From assembly GCA_025558095.1 (NCBI GenBank), contig JAIVFI010000028.1, forward strand, positions 1-64,000: DNA of 64,000 bases. The letters run 5' to 3'. The number at the start of each line of letters is the position of its first letter. Positions within the stretch are counted from its first letter, which is position 1. The notes under the pieces are model-generated. The model was not told where the DNA came from. It saw only the letters and a program-made list of their open reading frames with translations, and did no database searches. This DNA comes from Hyaloraphidium curvatum SAG 235-1 (Eukaryota > Fungi > Monoblepharomycota). Shown here piece by piece: positions 11,023-22,021 of this stretch. A program made the position numbers and the translations under genes.

Positions 11023-11623
11023 CTACGGGGCGAGGCAGCAGCCGGCCGGGCCGCCGGCATAGATCCCGGAGCACAGTCCGGCCCCACTGCCCACCTGGCC
11101 CGTCGCGCGGTCGCATGCCAGCCGGACGCCGTCCGCCGCGGTCAGGGCCAGTTCGGCGCCGTCCACGCAGACCTTGTTCGACAGGCAGTTGGTGAGCAGG
11201 GCCCACGGCACGCAGCACAGCTCCGTGTCCACCGAGGCGCAGACCCCGGAGACCGAGGCGGCGCCAGGCGGCGGGGATGCCCCGGTGGCGACGGTGCAGA
11301 TGTCCCCGTCGGTTATCCCGGCGGAGCACTGCTTCTGCGCACCGAAGCCGAGCAGGGTCGTGTCGGTGCAGGTCGGCAGCCCGTCGTAGCGGCGGTAGAG
11401 TTGGCGGAGCCCGGCGGCGGCGGAAACACAGGCCACGGAATCGGCCGGGGCGCCCGGGTAGGCGAACTCGCTGCCGGATGGTGGCGGTCAGCCGGGGAAC
11501 GAACGCCCCTGCGCTTCCGGAGCGGGCGAAGATGGCTCCGGCGGCCGGGGCCTCGAGCGGGGCCCCCAGGGCGACGAAGGCCGAGAGAAGAGCGAGCAGC
11601 GCGGCGGCGGCGGCGTGGCGCAT
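11023..11623 (-). pseudogene. LYRRY family copy F; end of exon 1 and the splice donor are deleted, exon 2 is intact
   Basis: MRHAAAAALLALLSAFVALGAPLEAPAAGAIFARS runs straight into intron-like sequence (GCTGAC...CAG) without CxxCPxxHF or the canonical donor. Exon 2 reads EFAYPGAPADSVACV...QLYRRY plus 12 Cys. Confidence 0.7.
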
Positions 11624-11884
11624 GGCGGCTTCGGGGCGCGGCAGCGCGGACTGTCTCTCGCGTCGCGCAGATGGCGGCGGGTGGGCAGTGATGATTCTCA
11701 GGGCTCGGCGGGAGACCGGGGCGGCGCGATTCTTGGCGAGAGTCTGGACACTCGTGCGGCTCGATGCGGGAAGCGGCCCAACGCCGCCCACGAAATGCCC
11801 CGACACACCCGACTGCGCGTCCATTTGCCTCGCCCCGCTATATCCGTACTCCCGGCAACTGGTTTCTTTTTGATCGAGGCCAAG

Positions 11885-12003
11885 GATGGGAGCCGCCGAA
11901 GGGGCTGATGCCGGGGACGAGGACGGCGATGGTGCCGGTAGACCAGCTGGGAGTGCTCCGGCGATGCAGCTCCTCGCCGGCCATGGAAGACGGGCGGGCC
12001 TAG
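11885..12003 (+). pseudogene. Second remnant of the VOC gene 3' end
   Basis: Translates in pieces as AAEG / MPGTRTAMVPVDQLG / MQLL, matching DAAEGVLPGTRTATLPADQLGGALSMQLL. It lies tail-to-tail with copy G, as VOC does with copy D. Confidence 0.7.
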
Positions 12004-12217
12004 GTCGAGCGGGAAAGGTGCAAATCACAGGGGCGGGCTTAGGTCGAGCGAGGAGGCTGCAAGTCCAGGTGTTCTTTCCTGGGTGTACAGCAATTGCCGA
12101 TGACTGCTACTTCTGCGGGAGATCCTTTCGAACTGCGAGATGCTTTGTCGGACGGACTGGCCGGCATTCAGTCCCGCCATCCGCACGCACGGCTCTCTGG
12201 CCCACCTGGAACACGGC

Positions 12218-12851
12218 TCACGAAGCGAAGCAACAGCCCGCGGCCCTGCCCGCAATCATTTGCTGGCAGTTCCCCGTGCCGGTGTTGCCCGTCTCGCCCG
12301 TCGCGACGATGCAGGTCCGCGGGGAGAAGTCGGTGATGGTGAGCGCGATCTCGTCCCCCACGACGCAGTACTTGTCGCCCCCGCACATGCCCACGATGCC
12401 CGACGCGGGGACGCAGCACAGGTTCGTGCCGGTGCCGCTGGTGCACGCGCCCTTAGCCGAGCCGGCGCCCGCGGGGGAGATGGCGCCGCTGGAAGCGTCG
12501 CAGCCCTGCCACTCCTGGGCCCCGGAGGGGCATTTTACCGTGGCGCCCTTGCCGAGGGCGTCGGTGTCGGTGCAGGCGGGGCTGTCGTAGCGGCGGTACA
12601 GCTCGTGGCGGCGCGCGGTCGGCACGCACGCGATCGAGTCGGCGGGCGCGCCCGGGTAGGCGAATTCGCTGGGGGAGGGCGCGGTCAGCCGGCAAAGGAG
12701 GCACTGCGGTTTGAGATGCGGCCCACCAGAAGTGGTAAGCGGGGCATTCGGAACAAGAGCGGGCGAAGACGGCGCCGCGTTCGGCCGGGGCCGCGAGCGC
12801 CGTTCCGGCGGACAGGAGCAGGAGCAGCGCGGCCGCGAATGAGCAGCGCAT
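12218..12851 (-). CDS. Secreted Cys-rich precursor, LYRRY family copy G (2 exons)
   Basis: MRCSFAAALLLLLSAGTALAAPAERGAVFARSCSECPAYHF. Intron 12669-12726 (GTGGGC...GCTGAC...CAG). Then CEFAYPGAPADSIACVP...HELYRRY and a 12-Cys domain. Confidence 0.85.
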
Positions 12852-13461
12852 CGTCGCAGAGAGGCGGATGGGTGGTCGGATTGGATGAACCCCTTTTGGG
12901 GATCCGTTCAAGCACCGTCCCCGCGCGCGCTTCCCGCCCGCCCCCGCAGAGCCGGTGGCGGATGCGGAAACACTTGGCCAGGACGCTGTCCCCTGCGCAT
13001 TGGCTCCCCGGCGCGTGCGACCCCGCTGGGTGTCCTTCCTGGCTGGTCCGGTCGGCTTTTGGAAGCCATGTGCGGACTACAAACGGCGAGAACGCTCCAT
13101 GTCCCGCGGCTTCGTTTCGTTGTCAGTTTACTATGCTGGCCTCACAATAGTGCCCATTCACTTCAGGAATCGAGTGAAAATTGGCTGGACAAGCACTAGG
13201 TCGCGGGACCGGGCCGGTGCCATCAATGGTTGATTTGGGAGGAAGGGCGGACGATATTGGACAACAGTGGTGCTATACAAAATGCGGAAACAAGTGTCGG
13301 TGTCATGTATGGGGGATACGGCAACGAATCGCGGTCCTGTCCGTAGAAAGCGGGCCGGGCGTCGCCAAGTTTGCCACCGGGCCCCGTCGACGCGTCGCTG
13401 CCATCTGCCTTCCGAGCAGACGGCGCTCCTCTACTGTCTTGCCGACCATAGGGACCCAGCC

Positions 13462-15136
13462 ATGGGAATCCCTCAGGAAATCGCGCCCGGGATCGCAACG
13501 GGCCCGGCTCCGGACGGAAACGCGGACGCGTCGCCCGATGCGTCCCCCGCCTCCTCCACTTCTCTTCCCGCCACGCCGTTTTTCACAGCATCAGAGCTGC
13601 TCACCATGTTCCCCGCCGCTCTGCCGCCCCCCGACGACCTGATCCCCGGCGCCATCCCGCCCGACCCTGCCGCCGAGCTCCGCGAAGCCGACCCTCTCAA
13701 CGAAACCGCCCTCCTCCGTGCCCTCGCGCCCTACCCTGCCCTTCGCGCCCTGGCGCGCTTGCAGCTGGGTTTTGTGCCCCTCTGGAGCACATTCACCGCG
13801 CCCCTCCTCGTCGCAAACACAATCGCTGCCTCGGGGACGCTCGCGGCCTCCTTCGTCTTCGGCGTCGACACCTTCGGAAAGCGTAACCTGGCCATCACCG
13901 GGGGGCTGTGGGTGCTGCTCATGCTCTTGATCACCGTCCTTGCGCTGTCGAGGGTCTCGTCGCGGAAACGGAGCTTCGCGGCCGAGGGCGGCGACCTGGG
14001 CTCCGTCCCGTTCGCGCCCTTCGCGCGGTGGCACCAGCTGGCGGGCAGTTTCCCCGCAAAAGACACAGAAGACGGCCGCTCATCTTCGGGCGGAAACATC
14101 TCGCCCCTGGTGCGCCACCGGGACGGCGACCCCCTCTGCCCGTGCCACCGCTCGACGTGCGGCGGCTCGCTCGTCGGTCCGGCTGTCTTCTTGCGCTGCT
14201 TGGACATCATTGCGCGTTACCTCATCCTTGTGGGGGGCTATTTTTTCGCGGGTTACACCGCGCTGGTCACCTTCGGCCGGCAAACGTGGACCACTCCATG
14301 GTCGGCCTTTTTCGCCGCGCTCCTAGGTGGGTAGGTAGAGGGTCCGCCTCGGCCATGCTGAACCGTCTTCCCAGTCTTCATAACGGTCGTGCTGCCGCTT
14401 CTGCCGGCCATCGCCATCGGGGGGAGCAACATCTACTCGCTGCGCCTCGGCCAGAGACTGCACTGCCGCGGGCTCCGGCGCGTGCTGGCCGCCTTCCTCT
14501 CTCGATACGAGTCTGCCCTCCTCGGCGGCAAGACGCCGTCGGTGCGGACGCGGAACCCTACGAGGACATCTGCGAGCGACTGGCGGTGCTGTGGCGCAAC
14601 CGGTTCCCGAGCAGATCCGCAACGCCCGTCGTCATGACCAACTACCTGCTGGTTCCTGTTATCGTCGCCATTGCCACCATTGTGAGTCATTCCGTCTTGA
14701 CGCCGCACCCCCGTTCACGCCCCCGCCCGAACAGATCTCGGGCTCCTGCATCCCCGCGTGGCCCTTCTTCACCTTTGCCTACGGCCTCCTCCTCGTCTTC
14801 ACCGACCTCGTCAACCACGCCTCGTCCAACTCCCAGGTTTCCGCCGCCTCTTCCCTCCTCCGCCAGGCCGCCAAGGAATCCACGCGGCTCCTCGCACGCG
14901 CGTCCGCCCAGGGCCTCGCTGCCAGCCCCGCCGCCGCCGCCCTGGCCCGGCACGCGGAGCTGCTTTCAGCCTACGCGGCCGCGGACGGATGCAAGGCACG
15001 GTTCGCGGGGTTCGTGGTGACGTACGGGACTGCGAGGACGTTCGCGGTCACGCTGTTCACCCTGGGGGTCGGGCTGTGGAGCGTGCTCAGGGGGGCGGGG
15101 GTGTACGTGGTGCCCGACATTGCGTGCCCGGCGTAG
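13462..15136 (+). CDS. 7-TM membrane protein, DPLCPC family paralog 1 (2 introns; apparent frameshift near 14540)
   Basis: Shares DPAAELR..DPL, DPLCPC..TCGG, TWTTPWS and the C-terminal GFVVTYGTARTFAVTLFTLGVGLWSVLRG motif with 38927-40324 and 47828-49444. Introns 14327-14374 and 14682-14734. The frame changes between GGKTPSV and DAEPYEDI. Confidence 0.75.
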
Positions 15137-15256
15137 GAACCAGAAGATCCCAGTACAAGGGCTTGGGATTCACAGCCGGATTCGTGAATGAATTGAACCT
15201 TCCCTAACCCCTGTCTCCTAGCCGTTCCCGGGGAATCCTAACCGCCGCGCGCGGAT

Positions 15257-16328
15257 TCACGAAAGGCCCCCGCCAAACACCTCGACCCCCTCCTCCTCGG
15301 CGCGCTGCATGAGCTCGTCGTCCGCCATCTCCCCCTCCTCCTCCACGACCTCCTCCTCACCCGGCGCCCCAATGGCCCCCGGCACCCCGCCAAACAGCTC
15401 CCCCCACGCCTCCCTCAACCCCCACACGCTATCCACCGTCCAACCCCTCCCCTCCAACCCCGGCCTGCACCGCGGCCACGCGAGGTGGTTCCTCTCCCTT
15501 TTGGCCCGCGACTTGGCGACCATCTCCGCCGGCATGGACGTGAGCAGGTGCTCGGCGTCGGGCCCGGCGGCGTGGTGCGCGCGCGGGTGGCCGGGCTCGT
15601 CGAGGTGCGCGGCGTGCCAGCCAAAGTGTGTCCGCGCGACGTCTGGAAACAACGTCAGCGGCCGAAATCGCACGCCAGCAGCGGGAGAACCCACCGCAGT
15701 TCTCCCAGTTGTCGTCGATGAAGTAGATCTGCAGCCTCGGCCCCCCTTCGTGCCGCGCCTCGGGCCCGTACTCGGCCAGCCACCGCTCCCACACCCCCGC
15801 GTCCTTCATCGCCTTCACGTAGGCCCCCGCCTCGGGCTTGGCGACGAAGAACTTGTCGCGGTAGTCGCACGCCGTGATCCCGTCGAAGTGGTGGCGCACC
15901 TTCAGGGCCCCGAGGATCCTTTCCGCGTGCCGCATCTGGCCGTTGGTGAACACGTGCTTCCTGTACCCCTTGAGTGAGGACAAGAACGAGTCCAGAATCC
16001 CCGGCAGCTCCGGCGGCAGCAGCTCCAGCGGCACGCCGCCGTCGACGTGCCTGTCGAACGCGTCCACGTCCACGTCGAACTCGTCCACGAGGCCGTGCAG
16101 CGACATGCCGTAGGCGTTGAACCACTGGAAACACCGCCGGCGGCTCTCGTCGTCGGTGAAGCCGATGGTGCGGCAGAAGGAGTAGAGGTTTTCGGTCATG
16201 TGCGCGCCGATGCCGCACGAGCGCGGGTACAGGCAGTTGTCGAGGTCGAACACGAGCAGCGTGTGCGCCGGGTCCGGCAGAGTGGGCGGCGGGCCGTCGG
16301 CTGCAGCCGCCGAGGCGCCTGACGGCAT
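15257..16328 (-). CDS. HAD-superfamily pyrimidine 5'-nucleotidase (SDT1/PHM8-like)
   Basis: Motif I VFDLDNCLYP, then YGMSLHGL, FTNG, HFDGITACDY, AKPE and YFIDDN. Intron 15643-15694. Confidence 0.9.
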
Positions 16329-16947
16329 TGCGGCGGTGACGAGGCGGGCCGGCGGGCGGTGTTGTCTTGGGCGAAGCGGGGCCGAGGCGGCCGCCAATCG
16401 CGGCCCGACGGTACGAGCGAGACTGGCGAAAAGGCGATGTGGCGAAATTTCGGTCAATGGAGCCGGCGGAACGGAACAGGAGCTGTGGAGCGGGTCGGGT
16501 ACACGTGGAAGCGGGTCCGCGATCTTCTGCGGACTCCCGGACCACAGACCTGCGATCGTGCGTTTCCGACTTGCGAGCCAAAGGCATCGAAAGACGAAGC
16601 TTGACCTCCTAAAACTGTCCTCGATGGCCACTTTCCGTTGGTAGACTGTCCCCAGCTTCTCTCTATCCCGCCCGGTGGAGGCTGCCCGGTGGGCTGTGGC
16701 GACTGTTGCCCCGATGGCGCCTGCCGCCGCGTCTACGCAATCCAGCGTGTCACAGCGTCGCAGCGCTGCTGCACCCTTCTTTCGACCAGCCCTCGACCTT
16801 GTATCTGGATCATGCGGGAAGCGCGCGCATATCAATATATCTCGTCGGCGGATGTTTACACGGGACTTTGGATGTTCCTGAAAGCACGTCAGTCTGCGGC
16901 AGCAGCGAGAGGCAACGCAACACGTGCCTCCGGGATCCGCTGCCGTC

Positions 16948-17568
16948 CTATGTCGGGCATGTCGCCGACAGCGTGGGGCACGTCAGGCCATACTTGACGT
17001 ACCAGTTGAACAGCGTCCCTCCCGTCGTACGTCCGGTAGTGCCGACGGTGTTTAGCTGATACATATCAGTGCCCACGACGGCGTATGCGGCGCACGACGA
17101 CCCCATGCTGGTGCACATGGCAGCGGCCTCCGCGTCGGAGGATACTGGCGTCACATACGCGGGAGCACCGCTGCAGGGGGCAAACGTGCCGCAGTCGATG
17201 TACTCGGGGGCGTAGCGCCGATATAGCGAATGGTAATCGGTGTCCTTCTGGCCGATGCAGGCGACTTGGTCCTCCGACGCACCGGGGTGCCCGAACTCGC
17301 TGCGGGGCGGAGCGCGGCGTGATATGAGCCGTCCGACGTCGCCGCGGTGCCGCGGGATATTCGTTACCAGAACGTGTCCTGCCCGCACTCGGAACACGAC
17401 CGGGCAAAGAGGATGTGTGAAGGGCCTCCGTCCCCGCCGCGGACAGGCCTGGCGGTGCAGGGTCAGGAAGTGCGGCCCGGCGGAACCACTCGCGCGGTCT
17501 TACGTGGCCCCCGCGAGCGCAAGGAGAGCGGCGAAGGTGACAAGCAAAAGCAGCAACGGGCGTGACAT
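16948..17568 (-). CDS. Secreted precursor, LYRRY family copy H with a different mature domain (3 exons)
   Basis: MSRPLLLLLVTFAALLALAGAT | intron 17449-17503 | PVRGGDGGPSHILFARSCSECGQDTF | intron 17300-17367 | CEFGHPGASEDQVACIGQKDTDYHSLYRRY, then a 6-Cys domain unrelated to those of copies A-G. Confidence 0.8.
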
Positions 17569-17739
17569 GGTGGACATTGGATTGGTGTTTGAGGTGAGTT
17601 TTCCGCAAACCCTGCGGCGGGGGGGGGGGGTGTTCGGTGAGGGATGCTGCACACCTTGCATGGAAGGTCACCGACAAGGCGCTCCATTGATAGAGCGAGC
17701 TGGTTCCGTAATGTTTCACCCGCTCTGGCTTGGAATTAG

Positions 17740-17778
17740 TCTTCCGTGTGCACGCCACCATCTTCCGTGTGCACGCCA
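17740..17778. repeat. Tandem direct repeat with an 18-nt identical core (TCTTCCGTGTGCACGCCA x2, 21-nt period)
   Basis: Seen directly, about 170-210 bp upstream of the copy H start codon. Confidence 0.85.
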
Positions 17779-18103
17779 GCTGCTTGCGATGATTTCGCAT
17801 AGGGACAAATGACCTCACACGCCCGTTTTGCGATCAATTACTGCCCGGATTTCTACACCGTGGTCGGGGCGGTCAGCGGCCCATGAATGGTCTAACAACA
17901 GGGCGGGATGTCCCGTATGGGCGGCCGCACTCCTGAAGCCTGATCGAGGGCCACTTGCAGCACCTGACTCATGTCGGCTGTGTTTGTGCCTCCAACCCCC
18001 GACCCCGAGATGTTCACCGCTGGTCAAAAACACACGGTACGTCCTTGAGCGAACCAGCTTACAACGACCATGAATCCACCATGATATCCGGGATCCCGAT
18101 CCC

Positions 18104-20177
18104 CTAGGGTCCCCCGCCCGCCATCTCCCCCGGCTCCTGCACCATCCCCACCCCCGCCAGCCCCGCCGCGACCTCGTCCACCCTCCTCTCCAGCTCCGGA
18201 TCCTTGTCCCCCCCCTCGTTCGCATACCGCTCCCCGAGCTCCTCCCCCTCGAGCACGTGCGGCAGCACGGGGGACGCGCCGAGCCCGTACGCGCGGAAGT
18301 AGTCGTGCCCGTCCGTCGACCTCCCCCTCGTGCTCCTCAGCAGCTTGAGCGCGGCGTGCTGCTCGTGCGCGGGGTTGCCGGCCAGCTGCGCCTGGAACGC
18401 CGCGGACATGTCGGCCAGCAGCGTCGGCAGGCCCTCGAGGAACCACCGCTTGTCGTCGGCGAGGTGCGGCGTGGGGGTATCGGCGGTCTGCGGGGAGAGC
18501 GCCGAGGCGGGTGTGCGGGGGGGGGTGAGGTTCTCCGAGGTGGGGGCGATGTCGAGGGAGAGGGACCGCTCGACGGCGCTGCTGCGGCGGCGCTGGATCG
18601 GGAGGGTGCCCGGGTTCTCGCTGGCGCCACGCACGCGGACGGCGGGCGCGGCGCGCTGCGAAAGGTCGTCGGAGGGGGTCTCGGGGGCGTCGGCGGGGGA
18701 GACGGGGGTCGCGGCGCGGAGGGTGAAGCTGTCGGTCGAGACGGCGGCCGTCGAGGGGTTTGAGATGGTGGAGGCAGGCTCGGAGGTGTTGGCGACGACG
18801 GTCGCGGGGGAGGGGGAGGGGGGAGAAAGCTTGTCCGTGTCCGATCCCGCTGCGGAGGCCTCCTTGGTCACGATTTTCTGTCCGACCCAAAGTCAGCGAC
18901 AACGAATACCCCACAGAGCACGGTCGACGTACCCGAATGTAGTTCCTGACCACGTGGTTCTTGCGGATGTTTGCCAGCCACTTCTTCTGGTCTGGCAGCA
19001 CCGGCGTGGTCGGATTCCCCGGCGGCGAGTCGTGCATGGAGAACCAGGGGTGCTTCAGCGCCTCCTCGGGCTTCAACCGCTCCCTGCACGGCCCGAGGTC
19101 AGCTCTCCCGCGACCCGCACGCGCCCCGCAACGACCCACTCGGGATCCACGACCATCAGCTTCCCCAGCAGATCCAGCGCCTCGGGGCTGACCCATTCCG
19201 GCTCGGGAAACTCCCACTTGCCGCGCTTGATGTTGTTCATGATGGTGGGGGCGTCGTCGGCGTCGAAGGGGTAGGAGCCCGAGAGGAGGATGAAGAGGAT
19301 GACGCCGACGGACCACATGTCGACGGCGGAGCCGTAGGTGCGGCCGCGGATGATTTCCTGTGGGTAATCGTCGTCAACAACCATTCCCTGGCGGACGCAA
19401 GAGACGCCAGCCGCCACGGAAACCCACCGGCGGCATGTAGTGGAACGTCCCGCACCGCGTCTTGAGCAGGTTCCTGTTGTCCGAGTCGGCAAAATTGGCC
19501 AGCCCAAAGTCCGCAATCCGCAGCTGCCGCGCCCAGTCGTCCGGCCCGCGCGGCTCGTCGGCCAGCAGCACGTTCTCGAGCTTCAGGTCGCGGTGCACGA
19601 TGTGCCGCTCGTGCAGGTACACGATGGCCGACAGCAGCGCGCGCAGGATGTGCCGCGCATTGTCCTCGGGGAACGACGGCATGGCCGCCAGCCGCGCCAG
19701 CAGCTCGCCGCCGCGGCAGTCCTCCTGCACCATGATGAACAGGTCCCGCGTCTCGAGCAGCTCGTACAGCCGCACGATGTTGGGGTGCGACACGGAGCCG
19801 AGGATGCCGATCTCGCGGAGCAGCTGCTGCACGTTGCGCATGGTGCCAAAGTCGTGCTTGCGCAGGATCTTGATCGCGTAGCTGTGGCCGGTCGAGAAGA
19901 CGTGCACGCGGTAGACTGCGCCGAACGAGCCCACGCCCAGCTCGGCGTCGATGCGCCAGAAGCGGTCAAACTCGATGACCTGGTCCGCGCGCCGCGTCTC
20001 GAGCGTGCGCACGGCGTACTTCGGGTACGGCCGGCGGATGCGCTTCTGCGCCTCGGCGCCGTTCTGCACGGCGCGCACGAGAAAGTGCTGCTCGCAGTCC
20101 GAGTACGCCGTCTCCCCCGGCGGCGGCGGCGGCAACAGGTTCGTCCGCAGCTGCAGCGGCGACTCGGGGAACGACAT
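18104..20177 (-). CDS. CAMK-group Ser/Thr protein kinase with a Ser/Pro-rich C-terminal tail (3 introns inferred)
   Basis: LGVGSFGAV, YAIKIL, HPNIVRLYE, HRDLKLENVL, IADFGLA, CGTFHYMPPE, DMWSVGVILF and EALKHPWF. Confidence 0.92.
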
Positions 20178-20439
20178 CGCGGCGGGTTGGCCCGCTAGAG
20201 CGGAGTCCGACCGGCCCCGTCCGCCGCACTCCCTCGTCCGCGCCTGCCGGCTATCGCCTAGCGCCGGACTCCAAAGAAATCATGCCCCGGTCGGGCGCAC
20301 GGCGGGAATGGGGTGGGGAAAGGTGGGGCGAAAGAGGCCAAACGGCTGACGACCGTGCGGAAGATGGGACTCGGCGGAGCCGGCGATCGAGCAGATTCAT
20401 CGCACTATCCGATACGCACACCGCCAAATCAGACCTCCG

Positions 20440-22021
20440 CTAGCGCTTTCCGACCCCACCCTTCTCGATGCCCTCGCCGAGCAGCCCGTCGCCGAGTAGC
20501 CCGCACTTTTCGAGGTCCAGCGGCGGGTACCTCGAGCTCGGCACGAAGCGGTCGTCCCTGACCGGCCCCGCCGAGGAGTGCAGCGCCACGATCCTGCGGC
20601 ACCTCTCCCCCCCGAGCGCCTCCCTGATCTCCTTGTATGCGAACGACGACCTGCTCCCTGTCGGCTGGCCGACCAGGGGCAGCTGCATCCCCATCAGCGC
20701 CACCCTGATCCTCCTGAACATCAGCTCCCCCGCCTCTTGGTTCCAACCGTCCCCGTACGCCGCCCTCCCGGCCATCATCAGCTGGTCCACCGCGTGCTCG
20801 ATGAACCCCCCCGGCCCGGCGCTCGCCAGCGAGTGCCTCTTGCGCATCGCCCTCTCGCGCTCCCACCACCCCCCGCGCTCGTAGCAGTCGAGCAGCTGCG
20901 GCGCGACGTTGGGGCGCAGGTTGCCGTCGGGGGCGATCCACCTCCGCGCGAGGGCGAGGGCGGTGATGGCGTGGTGGAACGCGCGCTCCGTGAGGAAGTT
21001 TGCGAACCCGTCGCCGGCCGCGCCGCCGGGGAAGGCCGGGGCAAGGAGCGAGTAGAAGACCCCCAGCGCGGTGCGGGAGGGGACGAAGCCGTGCGCGGGT
21101 GCGAGGCTGGCTCCGATCTTGGCGACGGGCTCGTCCAGGGAGACGCGGTTGCAGTTGGCGACGAGAAAGTCCGCGAGGCGGTCCAGGTCGAGGTAGGGCT
21201 TGCGGTCGAGGAAGTAGCCCTGGAGGAAGTGCAGCCAGTTTGCGGACCAGCCGATGCGGACGAGGGCGAGGAAGCCGTCCGAGTCGACGGGGCCGGCGAT
21301 CGCCTCGTAGCGGAGGAGGTTGGCCGCGAGCTTGGTCGTGCTGTGCGTCACCGGCAGGAAAGGCGGCGAAGTGAGAATCGAATCGCCGCGCGCTCAACCG
21401 CGAAATAACCCACTCTCCGGCGCCTGCGCCGTTCAGCACCGCCCGCACCCTCTCCTTGGCCGGCCGATCCCACGCCCTGCACACCAGCCTCGCCGACGTC
21501 TCGAGCCACACCCAATCCCGGGAGCGCAGCACGAAACGGAGCACCCGCTGCAGCACCTCGGGGGGCATCCTGCGCTCGGGGTTGCGGAGCATCCTGTTCC
21601 CCACGCAGGCCGGGCATTCGGAGCGCCCCTCGCCGTACGCCTCCTCGGGGAAGAACCCGCCGCATCCCGCGCACGACCACTCGGTCTCGTCGCGGCCCTT
21701 GCTCTCGACGACCACGAATCCGCGGCGGAAGCTCTCGATGCTGTCCAGCGCCTCCCTTGCTTTCGCCTCCCGCGCCTCCCCCGCCACCCCGATCCGCCCA
21801 GCCAGCGGCGGCGCCAGCAGCTCCCTCAGCGCTTCCCGCGGCAGGGGGCACGTGCGCTCCGGCGTGGGCGCGGTGAACGGCGCGCCGACGTGGCGCTGCG
21901 CGACCGCGGCCTGCCACGCGAGCCCGTCGGGCTCGTCGAGGAAGCGGGCAAAGCGCGAGGGGACCGTGCCGCAGACGAAGCCCAGCGCGGCGAAGGCGTC
22001 GTACGCGGGGACGGAGGCCAT
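20440..22021 (-). CDS. Hypothetical protein with a CxxC..CxxC zinc ribbon and F-box-like motif (1 intron)
   Basis: WSCAGC...ECPAC, then RRMPPEVLQRVLRFV...ARLVCRAW. An intron at ~21340-21412 (GTGGGT...CAG) joins it to the 20440-21351 frame. Confidence 0.65.

Noticed and set aside
1454-12851. Calling the Cys-rich family hydrophobins
   Set aside because: The mature domain has 12 Cys in a C,C,C,C,CC x2 order, not the 8-Cys C-CC-C-C-CC-C hydrophobin pattern.
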